A DNA stretch of 64,000 bases. It comes from Proteromonas lacertae. Its lineage: Eukaryota. Of this stretch, positions 28,101 through 35,800 are shown one piece after another. Numbering within the stretch: position 1 is the stretch's first letter; each line of letters begins with the position of its first letter. The translations under genes were made by a program, and so were the position numbers. Under the pieces are notes generated by a model, which was not told where the DNA came from, searched no databases, and saw only the letters and a list, made by a program, of their open reading frames with translations. Location of the stretch: positions 62,001 to 126,000 of the forward strand of contig NGBS01001162.1 in the NCBI GenBank assembly GCA_002245135.1. Reading direction: 5' to 3'.

Positions 28101-30781
28101 CATTATATAGAAAACCTGCTGATATTTATTATGGTGAATCTAAATCTGATACAAAACCATTAGTATTTATAGTGAAATTAATCCAAGAATTTAAATTGAA
28201 ACAAGATTCTGGAGGTATTCCATCCAGTTATTCAATAAGCGATTTGTCAAGATTAAATTCATATGGAATAAAATTTGATACAAAAACTGGTCGTATATAT
28301 ACCAACTTCAATTCTGATCCTCCAAAAGTAGTACCTGATATTAGTCCATTTACTGTAACTGCTGAAAATGAAGATGGTGAAGCAACTGTAGAAGTAAACA
28401 TCGAAATTATAATTCCAAATTGTCCAGCTGAAGATGGTTATGCAGAAACAAAACCAGGTGAAACAGCTCAACTGAAATGCACAAATGGTGTAGATGCATA
28501 TGAAACAAGAAAATGTTCAAATGATGGAAAATGGGAAACACGAAATACTTATGATTGTGGTTATACAAAACCAGATAGATGTAGATATGAAACAAATAAT
28601 GATTTTATTATTGACCCATTTGCTAAAGATACTAGTGTCAATAGAATTGAAATGAAGAAGCCTACTTTAGATACTCGAGTGAATAAAATTACAATCTCTT
28701 TACCTACATGTAAAACTAATTTAGAATCAATCGGATTAGAATGGGATGAAAGTAATGGCATTGCTGTAGGTATTCCAACTGCTCAAAAACTAAAGATCCA
28801 ATGTAGAGCAACAGCTACAAATGATCAAGGATCAAAAGTTAGTAATGACTTTTATATAAGTGTGTATTATAAAGCACCAACTGTAATGACATATAATCCA
28901 AATTCATTTGTTTTCTATACAAATGTAGAGATTGTACCAGTTGAAAATGGAGAAATCACCTTAGATTCAATAGTAACAAAAGATTATGAATTAGCTAGAG
29001 CAGATCAAAGTTCGTTATTAAATAGTCGTGGAATATCTCTTGACCCAAAAACTGGATTCTTGAAAGGCACACCAAATTCTCAAACCTTAGATGAAACTGT
29101 AATATTTGTAAAAGGTGTAAATGATAAAGGTTCAGCAACAGGTAACTTTACAATTTCTATAATCTTCCCCAATTGTCCAAAAGATGGAGAATGGCCATCT
29201 ACTCCAGCCAATAAAGTAGAAATATTAAAATGTGTTGAAGGATATACAGAGAGATTTAGAAGAAGAGAATGTTTGAAAAATGGAACTTGGAGTGAAATAG
29301 ATAGTTCTGATTGTTTTGATAAAGTAGTAACAAGTTTACATTATAATCCAAGTACAATTGTATTTTATGTAGGTAATGAAGTAACAATGAACAAACCAAC
29401 ATATTATGGCAAAGTAGTGGAATTTGAAATAAGTGATGTAGAAAAGTTTGAAAATATTGGTATAAAATGGAATAAGAGTGAAGGAGTATTATATGGAACT
29501 CCAACCGCTGAATTAGAAAAATCAGACTATGAAATAAGAGCAATCAATAATGGAGGAAAATCTGAGCCATTTAAATTAACAATAACAGTAGAAAAAGAAC
29601 CAGCAAGATTATTAGTAGTAATTCCTAACACTTATATTTGGAGTAAGAATGGAAATGACTCAGTAATAACAGCAGCTCCATATGTATTAGGAAACCCGAT
29701 AGATTATTCAATTTCATCAATATCTGTAATTACTTCATGTGGTTTGAAATTTGATCAATGGAGTGGCCAAATATATGGAACTCCAACTGAAGTGTTAGTA
29801 ACACAAAGTTTCATATTAACAGCTAATAATGCAGAAGGTACAAGTCCAACTACAACAGTGACAATAACGATCAAATCAGGAGATATATTAAAATGTGAAG
29901 GATTAGATGAAAATTGGTTAGAATCAACTGGAGGTGAAATATTATACAATCCATGTAGTTTGGTAGATGAAGGGAAGAGTGGTATAATTAGTAGGAAATG
30001 TTTATCAAGTGGAATGTGGGATAGTGTAGATGAATCTCAGTGTAAGTATATAAATAAGAATAAACCGGATAAAGGTTATTTACATTTCCCTCTATCATTT
30101 ATCGTTCATGGTTTAGATGTGAAGAATGTAAAAGAAGCTGAATATAAAATATTACAGGAGAAAATATTAAATGCTTTTGGAGCTTACCGAAATAATGATG
30201 AAATGAGTGTAGAATCAATAATTCGAAAGTATAAAGATTCTAGAATATTGGTAGATGATTCTAAAGGAGTAATATTTGAATCAGTTATAAAAATGAAAGA
30301 TAATGGAAATGACACAGATGAAGCAATTTCATTCTTTAAAACAACATTTACCAGAAGTTACATTGACAAAAACATTTTAAAAAGTCAATCAAGTGAATTG
30401 CTATTAGGTTCAATTAGTAGTGAAATAGAATATGAAGAAGTACAAAGATATATTCCAAATGATGATACAGAAGAAGATTCTGAATTTAATATCTTATTAG
30501 TAATCATTCCAGTTGCTTCAGTTGTAGGTGTATTGTTGATTTGTGTGATTGTTGTATTAATCTGGAAAGCTAAAACTAGAAAGAGAGCTAGATCAACAGC
30601 AGGAAGTACAGATTATAGAACTCATTTACCTTCTGTTTCATTCAGTGAAAGTAGAACAAGAGGAATGTCAACGGCTTCTCAAATGTCAATCAATTCTGGA
30701 AGTAATAATGATAGTGGAAGAAGTAGAGGAATGTCAATAGCTAATCAAGCAAAACACACTTCAAAGAAGGTAAGAGTATAA
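16166..30781 (+). CDS. Giant type-I membrane protein (about 4860 aa): He_PIG/cadherin-like Ig repeats, PA14 domains, galactose-binding/F5-8-like domains, HormR-like Cys modules, SEA-like domain, TM, cytoplasmic tail
   Basis: 4871-codon ORF with signal peptide; probable in-frame 27-nt intron at 16203-16229. Many LPxGLxxxxxxGxISGxP repeats; PA14 cores YYVKWTGYINVPTTGTYEIRITANDGG and YFIKWYGFIKFRQSGSYYFKIES; TM ILLVIIPVASVVGVLLICVIVVLIW. Confidence 0.9.
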   Translation: MKSIAILISLVLCIFQLFIIIGFSFTLCSSVNVECSKSEIEVNVREGTRLVISCSSKITVTVGDQALCTDSDSCSISVNYPAGTYKGNYAYNAGESYGITVTVEPALECEGYGYESFTFPLNRYYYILPPKCSSSSEYLSVNLEDGSVIPDGLNLDSDGRIYGSATKAQDATSITVVVSREKANVSITISLIVKEIPTEYGMLGQTTENIMTANNTVSEFKNLYKNIMIWSKIGTFNTIYKKSDGYCNNKDDCKVNIAGVDEISHNRYTIWTSLVKFDTEIKGFYLPLDSSIKAYCAMIINDNIDDIILPSSQGVYTFEKEILHTEEYIHLSFIIYSSSIKQQLSVFYSNDGKKFIPIQENYQIYPNPVQYIGYPNNNVIIYKTIPKTITPMVNGEYNTNGWESTLPDFLKINNYGEIIYDGNGEVIFPDTQQFYTIKPKGNAIDYNLLVDFKDLKIENMGKGLVGTYYKGSVDCKYNTLSPSAALKYRKYDDMSSVFHNTESNDVWNGLTFEFYNNYYVKWTGYINVPTTGTYEIRITANDGGSIKIEDNELITETCGVSSKSKDFILKEGLHPITLEYWKSNKDYKKILNVEWKCRSCEDVEFIQIPSDNFYYLYPSKFYYQNEIASYDAIKGVFNKGLFSLTTEESKNYNSFSIYQNDGEVILSKPDISLDMVNDSPWEQFLIKAKSINPEIHPTLFTKLMIEIKENIEPKDFSYNEDVINKNIGDEIDLKASLAAGSDGAMYIVQSMNLPIGLTLDLENGNIKGRLLEIMSERKVTIRVTNPLGYLEVTLTFTVTGCKENQIFFYIKFTPTDTHLQLKIKSAKEGGEVIYENNQDQEVNKEYFHSFCHDYNSLIVDMKYSGHLHGDYGIYGENNVLYHYGYYDGLEYKESINQFDIVKDADPAIQYPDLSKYEFVVGKPIIIVPIKYNSITAIRNNNNTLLPDGLTIDMKNGVISGKPSITLTNRLYQIKPENGEKDGSIVSLTFTINKKCSLGELYTVFIHSADSKGDIMTLKLQDSSNVLYDMKGFPNNYEYEWGFCYDKEVLIINYGGSSIWDDESEIILTNIEKNDKRVYKYSIAVEEGMKSDVISSYKLVLDESTIWQKSVVYDKNWLYNMKLDENWSEVNINDTKNAIDGKPTTTYYRTSFKNVSPSTIQYLVGRITIYHGGAFYLNGNLVYKINLPDDFTQETLSEGVNTASTFYIPAFLQIANSENIFGFEFHKSNIPLALSSTLTLQPFSDNSETCTNQNLNNYRINYKQQNNIKLNDLIDGDLTTSLKFESDNIITVTNPVSIILKAAVEAHSFLSYTLSTKKYISGNCNSLIPKKWKVYGSVTQESKWIELDEVDQMMESGKTYYFNIKTKTSLVFEAIKLVITETLEKSSDEDNSCGFGVELSEINGRYCRLNQCSTGSYPPSNIGSFHQYPCPNGDGSDSVIVRCNLDGSWDDEDDSQCPKASSIRYPQSEYTFTVGLAITPIKPEINGEFINLEFEPLLPTGIKFNPSNGEISGTPIYALEDGETYTIRLVTSDNSGIQPSTQITIKITTTNCEGEGLIPKSPVGTIYRDYCENDFSGYRIKTCEMKDNKPQWSSWNENNCVEKVRPKCNIEKEYIYKIKESVSIDFGCNPAVSEATISPSLPLGLKLSNDGKLTGDAETAQNAEYSITFKTADGGFDTISFNMRVWDVLKRCYYPFTDNKMKFVLNEKVEILPPKCNTEVGSYEVSGLPTGISYNAESGLIYGKPTTKTSGTITTKAKNGNSETADAIIKYEIVEVNVDVYDNQLIGLYSKSDYISDIPNTFEPFWSLFENTEKSNTFSFEEGFSPENVFSDLNLDSSKQTFQPNIVRSNNYFIKWYGFIKFRQSGSYYFKIESEERVWLFINDMKNPVVSTTSNSVESNVYVSKATVEIGNLFYPIGVMYYHGKDKNFHLKISYSFDKTTYFPIEDSMLYHVAKPLQSLKYPQTHYLFRQSENSIEEIKPTIDSTIVSATISPSFTNGLEFDAKTGVISGSPSIGSISSDLSKYVITIESKLNSINVDVYIDVLEDKIENYEKGVNVKYYLTSNSKCDTIPSVGSPTIERIESKISHSVDIDWYDTGNSYLTNFLVEFEGSINVDVVKEGGNTFTLESYDSAIVTIDDNDIIKSLKCGENSDKIEKYELSAGIHKIQVKYWKSSSDIFRKIILKMNGEEVQIYNFLGSYMKYTVRKSEYISGKEITKFGPLFLNSGTKNQFTSFSINPPFTYSGISGLLFSSETGEISGIPVVTTSGMSKEFVITATDVSDSSKQENSISDSIRITINIVLAPSELRYDNINAGVGEKISVLPKSIINGNGVRYSITSDMKLPEGLELNPLNGEISGSTSASFSGTIEITATNDAGSTKANVIIKIEGCNILTQTNIVVRIFINSGSDIQFKFGVTPIDPIFSQDGFNLKTLYEFKNCVVYGKKTFTMTGTNIYGWYEIYNENDLLKYEEIEGSSNVESVVETNDSGIPSISYENTEITQFNSFKFKPTIINGIKIVEIKNLPKEINLNETNGIISGTMNEIMKEFLFDFVITNSKNFVTNGIIQFTFIPVDTNRNTIVKAIITTKSNGNDMIIKILKKSDERVVIEWSNLGDNNEITKTKSIQQDLYILELSSTTMSAWSEGSSVTIEMDGTTVVNNAYFEGSTTKTIPLSSDSSSFINSYTKWEYKSDNSKPPADWYKSDNTNWNKYSSGNFPKRTYITSYYKTSFYYYDNSVVFLYGDMKVDFDDGIIIYVNGNEIYRKNIIKKGVTKDTKAYYQFKKVISYSIIINPNLILNGNNIIAVELHNKDDSEKENKFKLELSATSGKANTITQITPIEKGRTTEMRYDFDKSKINYPDQFVNCKDDYLLQSLINSHDDSTWDYNNPIPMAKCEGDKVKTKGYYFTHKLFTDKAYPYKISYIFKEFTANAFDLMYYHPFSNDNKYAAAIFDIYGSTDYNDDDKTHNNDNWELLFSYNNKAIDASKGKTYFFTFSSLKSFEAYQISVKDVKDVKVNGKGWVQYDELHMRLNAQKSCVADDNHEDYPKTVAGDTVEFLCPDSKQLGSIKITCKSDGTWDDNTEVNTCFDTPSDKIYYSKDNIINFYVDFTSSVSPSSPISGIFSKDCSLPSGLSFSESNGIIYGKPTSIEGEKFTVKCNIKVSDQYPSEVTINVIQLYCESIGEYEKTKAGSKNNKGCGELYNGEKYRFCPLQLSPKFEDEVNACDPFPPLLSYSQSEYYLVKNDIVDIKPITGGLIKEWTIVDETELPNGIKFENGAFAGTATEAKALTRFSITAKNEKYENTTHISILVLNGIPKTMTIPEENAVYTNVEIKPIKAILDDESNGFLECKSDPELPSGLIINPINCGITGKITDNYLIGEKSYTLTGSIKENKVSSNSFKIKVLKGECVKEEEGKDPIHIDVGKELQEKRCSEEQKGYKAFECLADNPPKFSEEIDKCVYLYPSSFSYNKDKIDTTMYNYIELKPVLGGSSEGLTTSTVYKLKEGSLQLPKDLHFDTNTGIINGTLNEYIESERIITIEVENEIKRETSISFIIDYAYCPAIEDVVEKTKVNSEPKEVACPYPQTGNTIYTCKKENEWTIDKSGCIDPEVGTVTYSSSDLLFNVGFSDAFKPTIDGFITDIKIEDTLPNGISFNETDGSIYGTPTDAIEKQKINIYTYYKTANKTTSITITVTQLYCEEDGDWPKTKTGSSAEKECPSDKSYGQNYRRCPLTRPHPKFDDEINTCHVAYPESIEYNGNNVISATYDKDVNQQVKVNGVYPVDITFSLGEGTKLPNDLKLNLVDGSITGKLSTKLEPGTDNTKLYKICCNGDVSVCVDVKFDVRYDNCPKDDNYESTKPGEIAEIDCTNGRPNKESRKCNKYGEWEKADTSKCLYPAPEISYAKSEIKVYINEEIETNKVSVVGEGITGFVISPKDKLNGLVFNEETGVLSGKPTLPIDETFTIYCENEGGKSNEFTIKIKALYRKPADIYYGESKSDTKPLVFIVKLIQEFKLKQDSGGIPSSYSISDLSRLNSYGIKFDTKTGRIYTNFNSDPPKVVPDISPFTVTAENEDGEATVEVNIEIIIPNCPAEDGYAETKPGETAQLKCTNGVDAYETRKCSNDGKWETRNTYDCGYTKPDRCRYETNNDFIIDPFAKDTSVNRIEMKKPTLDTRVNKITISLPTCKTNLESIGLEWDESNGIAVGIPTAQKLKIQCRATATNDQGSKVSNDFYISVYYKAPTVMTYNPNSFVFYTNVEIVPVENGEITLDSIVTKDYELARADQSSLLNSRGISLDPKTGFLKGTPNSQTLDETVIFVKGVNDKGSATGNFTISIIFPNCPKDGEWPSTPANKVEILKCVEGYTERFRRRECLKNGTWSEIDSSDCFDKVVTSLHYNPSTIVFYVGNEVTMNKPTYYGKVVEFEISDVEKFENIGIKWNKSEGVLYGTPTAELEKSDYEIRAINNGGKSEPFKLTITVEKEPARLLVVIPNTYIWSKNGNDSVITAAPYVLGNPIDYSISSISVITSCGLKFDQWSGQIYGTPTEVLVTQSFILTANNAEGTSPTTTVTITIKSGDILKCEGLDENWLESTGGEILYNPCSLVDEGKSGIISRKCLSSGMWDSVDESQCKYINKNKPDKGYLHFPLSFIVHGLDVKNVKEAEYKILQEKILNAFGAYRNNDEMSVESIIRKYKDSRILVDDSKGVIFESVIKMKDNGNDTDEAISFFKTTFTRSYIDKNILKSQSSELLLGSISSEIEYEEVQRYIPNDDTEEDSEFNILLVIIPVASVVGVLLICVIVVLIWKAKTRKRARSTAGSTDYRTHLPSVSFSESRTRGMSTASQMSINSGSNNDSGRSRGMSIANQAKHTSKKVRV

Positions 30782-30847
30782 ATAAAATATTAATTATTAT
30801 TCTAAATATTATTATTATTCATGTAAATGTGTGTGGGATTATAAATT

Positions 30848-32115
30848 CTATTTACATTTCTTTGATATTGATAGAAATATTTTCAATGTTTTATTGTCAT
30901 GAACTTTTCGTATTCTCTTTTCAATCTCTTTTAGATTTTCAATACTATTATTATTTAACCATAAATACTTTAGTTTACATACACAACTACAATTGTTGAT
31001 AAAGCAATTCATTCCTTTACCTGTTATTTTATTATCTATTAATCAAAATATTAATTATAAATTAATACATCCAACATCCAATTCTTCTAATTCTTTTGCG
31101 TAATGCAAATTATTACATAATAATTCAAAACTAATATCTGTTATTTCACAATCTAAAATGTATATATATATATATATATACTTTCAATATTTAAATAAAC
31201 AATATTTCTTATAAACATTATATTCTCACTTAACGATAATACTCCTATATCACCTATTGGATTTTCACCTATTCCAAATATCTTTAACTTTGGCAAATAT
31301 CTAAAATATGAAAATAATCCATTATATTGTCTGGGAGATATTAAATTATTATCTAATAATAACTCAGTAATGTTAGGTAAATATTTACATATTTCTGTAA
31401 AACATAGAAACCCATCAAGAGTAATTTTATTTACTAATATAATCATTATTTATAACATATATATTTATACATTGTAGATTCATTGAGGATATATATTTAA
31501 AAGTATGAATTTTTGTACATAAATATTCTAAACCTATTGAACCAATTTTACAAAAACAGAACAGAAATTCTGTTCTATTGTGACTTCGGCAGTATAATAT
31601 TCTACGGTTTATTTTAGCTTCTATTTATTGTATTATTAAATTGGTATTATACTTTTATAATGTTTTAATCGATGATATTTCCTAAAGTAGTACTTTTCTG
31701 CATTTGTTTTTAATAATTTCTTCATTATTTCATCTACATAGAAATTAATAACACACTCATCATTTTTAATTAATTCTTCTTCTAACAATATGCTATTGAC
31801 CTTCTTCGGCTGCTTCTTTATTAATCTCAAGAATTCATCTTCATTCATATTGATTATATCTTTCACCAATTTCATTCTCTCATTCATAGGCCATTCAGAT
31901 TTAGTTTTATATTTAGGGTTATATATTTCAATACTGTTATTATCAAAAGTAATTTTTGAGAGTAATAAATTATCCATTGACAAATATTTTAATAACATTA
32001 AACATTCTACTACATAAATATTCTCTTTCTTTGAAGATAACTCAGTTTTATATAAATCCTCAATATATTCATTCACAACATCACTATTTATAGCTTTACT
32101 TTCATAACAGCCCAT
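30848..32115 (-). CDS. RNI-like leucine-rich-repeat protein with MGC N-terminal acylation motif
   Basis: ORFs 31636-32115 and 31153-31446 plus further spliced exons to TAG at 30848-30850. LRR motifs ITELLLDNNLIS, LKIFGIGENPIGDIGV, LEELDVG, LKYLWLNNNSI; starts MGCYES. Confidence 0.8.
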
Positions 32116-32837
32116 TTATTATATTGCAGATCCTCTGTAATAATTATATCAGCGAAAAAACTGTGTAACAGAAACAGAAATGCTTGATGATGGTTTGAGT
32201 TTTCTTTTCTTTTGTTTTTTAAAATGAAATGGAAGTAGGAATAAAACGATAAGATGATAATACATTAATCTACAAGAATACAAACATTTTACTATTAGTT
32301 TATTATCAATTTAGGAGTATATCGATTTTGATTTGTGTATATTTAATTGTAGTATTATTTGATGATATAATTTGATTATTGAAATTAAAAAATATGCTTA
32401 ATCAATTAGTTTATGTTTTTTTATTGTTCTAGTGTGAGATTGAGGATAATTACACATGTAAAATAGATGATACTTCAACAGATGTTTATATAATAGAAAA
32501 TGTGATGAAATGATTGGATAGTTAATTAATAATATTACTGATACTACTTCTTCTAAAAAGAGATTGCTACTTTTTATTTAGGAGGATATAATTTTTATTA
32601 TTAATTCATGATATATTATAGTACAGAGATTAATACTATTTAACCTAGAGTAATGTAAAAAACAACATTTAAGTATTAATCTATCATAATATTCTAACTT
32701 TCAAATGAATATGTTTTTAAATTATGAAAGCAGAAATAATCCACTCTAATATGTAAATTAAGCTGAATTAACACAAAACCGTTACAACAAAGTAACGACT
32801 ATAATTTCGTTCTCAAAAATTCTTAGCCAATAAAAAC

Positions 32838-35800
32838 ATGCATTTGATTGATTTTGTTTTTATTGTAATTCTTGTTACAGTAGGAGCTGAAAGCAGTGGT
32901 GTCTACTTTAACAAGACAGTTGAGGTAGAAGTGGACTCAGGAGGTAACTACTATTTAGGTGTTAATTCGAAGAGTTACAAGATTGAAAATGCTGCCGAGT
33001 TCAAATTGGAATCTGGAATGAGTATATCAAGCTATGAGTTTGTTAAGATGAAGAGACAAGTTCACCTTTACTCTTATCAATACCTGCCAGAGTCAGAAGA
33101 GAATGAAAAACGAATGCTTGGTAGTAGTGGATGGTCCAAAAATTTAGAAGGTAAAAGAAACATCCGAGTGAAAGTGTGGCGTATAATGTGGTCCATGGCT
33201 AGTAAATATGCTGGTGAATGTATTTCCACAGAGCTGATGAGAGAGTTATTGTTCCATGTAGATTATGCTGCTAGAATCTGGTCTGGAAATCGAGTTTCCG
33301 TAGATGCAAAGAATTCTTTTATATCTGATTGTATTTATGCACTTGGTGAAACTGATTACTATTACGAGAGTGAAGCGCCTGCATTTGTTAGTATATTACA
33401 AGAAAGAGTTCCTGATTTACCCGAAACTAGAGATAATTATGCTTCTGTTATCTATATGATAGGTCGAGTTCGAGTCACTGCAGGTGGTTGGGCAGGAATG
33501 GGTATAGTGAGTAATTTTGGTACTTGGTCATCTCAAACAAATACAAAATGGACAATAGTGAATGGTTATGGTGGTTATCCAAATTGTCCTTGTTATTCAA
33601 CTGCCCTTGTTCATGAAATGCATCATAATATGGGATTTAGTCACAGTGGTAGAATAGAAGTAAGTAAAACTGGTCAATTCAATAATTTTGAATTATCCGA
33701 TGGTTATGGTGATCATGCATGTATAATGGGTGCTGGTGCTTGGTATCAACCAATTACAGCAAAACAATATTATTATAATGTAGTAGGCAAAGATCCTGAA
33801 AGCTGGTTTTGGAAGAAATTAAGTGATGTAGGTAATAATATAACTTATAGATTATATGCTTTTGATCATCCTTATTCAAGACATTATTTAGGTATTGACA
33901 AAGCTTATCATACTGATGATGAAAAAGTAGGAGAAATACCATTTAAATATCAAGGAATAGCGATAGAATTACCATTTAATAGAAGTAATATGATTAGCAC
34001 AGCAAATCAGCAATACATCTCAACAATATTAGAATATCGTTATATTGGTTCAGGTCAATATTCTTGGAAAGACAAATCTGTTCGAGTATTATGGGGACCA
34101 TCAACCAATCCAATAAAAGGAATATTAGATGATTTATTAGATGCTGATATAGATGGAATATCTGGTGGAGATAAAGGCTATGGTGATTCTCAAATCCCAT
34201 TAGGTGTAAAATGGGTTCCAAGAAATATTGATATTGGTACAATGAGTGTTTTAGTAAAGAGAATTCATTGGAGTAAAATTCAATCTAATACATATGAGAA
34301 TATAGGAAGTGAAGAGAAGAGAGAATATGATGAACCACAATATGTTGAAATTGAAATTGATTATCAACCTGATGCGAAATATACAAAACCAACAACAGCT
34401 GTTCCATTTCCAACTTATGAAAATTCCCCAACAATAACAAATTGTGTTTCAGATGAAAATGCAAAAACCATTAAATGTGAAAAATATAGTGAATCTTATT
34501 GGTTTTATTCCAAACCAGAATCAAGAAAAGATAATGTTCCTCGTGTTTATTCAAAAGAAGTAGCAACTAATGGTCGAATTGGATTTGTTTCTTATTTAGG
34601 TAAATCAGTAAATCCTCATAAACACTGTTTTGGTGAAACAATAAATCATCTATGTGTTGATATAACAACAACTAAGATAACATCGAATGATATTTCGAAT
34701 GTAAATATTTGGTCAAGTGTAAATGTTTATACGAAAGAAAAAGCATCTGATCCAGATACATCATATAAATATGTAAATCATGAAAATGTATTATATGCGA
34801 AAGTAACATTAGCAGATGGAGATAAATTAAAGATGATTGATTTATATGGAAATGAGATAAGCATAGATAGTAGTAATATAATTGGTGGCTTTTTGAATTA
34901 CAATATTCCTGATTTAAAAACTACTGGATTTAGTGAGATAATCTTATTATTAACTGATAGTAATGGTAAAGTAAAAGGTTCTGATGCATTTGATGTATAT
35001 CAATACAATAGTACTGAGAGAATAGCCTTTTATAAAGATGTTGATGATGAAAACAAGTATATATTAACCTCAGCAACAATTCCACCCAATCTTCATACAC
35101 TTCCAAGTATGATGAATAGTAAATCAATGAAAGCTAATGAAAAATTGATATATCCAATAGTGTCATTGAATAAGAATGATTATATTTATATTGATTTTGA
35201 AGGTAAGATTCCATCTGGTTTGAGTGTGAAGATAGAAACAGATAATGGTGATTATGATTTAGATTTAAGCAAGTTAGGTGGAAATAGTGATGTTTCTTAT
35301 AAATTAAGTTGTTATGAAACAAACAAAGCAACAGGTGGTATTTGTGAATATTATTCATTTACATTCAACAAAGATGTGACATTATTGAATATAAGAGCAG
35401 TAATGATGAATAAATATGGAAATAGTTTTAGTTATCGATCTAATGGAAAGAGTGAATATACTTTTGATGGTAAAAGATATAAAGTAGAAATAAATGAAAT
35501 AAAATCAACAATCTTCACTCCATTCAAAGGAACAATTGGTGGTGTAGAATATGAATTTGATAAAATAGATAGAATATATGAATTGGGAAACAATAAAATA
35601 CCAACAATTGCTCCAACTCCAAAACCTGAAGAGATAATCCCAATAATTTTACATCAAAGTGAAAGTATAAACAAGAGAATAATTGAAGGTGATAAAATAA
35701 ATTCATGTAGAGTTGAACCTGATTTACCAGCTGGAATCTCGTTATCTGATAAATGTGAATTATATGGTGTTAGTAATGGATATATGAATGAAGAAACCTA

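Noticed and set aside
17520..29949. Many short minus-strand ORFs inside giant 1 (and likewise inside the other giants, PMCA and the MATH gene)
   Set aside because: Antisense artefacts of biased codon usage on the coding strand.
32502..32541. Box C (GTGATGA) and box D (CTGA) pair suggesting a snoRNA
   Set aside because: It spans only about 40 nt, with no terminal stem or recognisable guide; likely chance.
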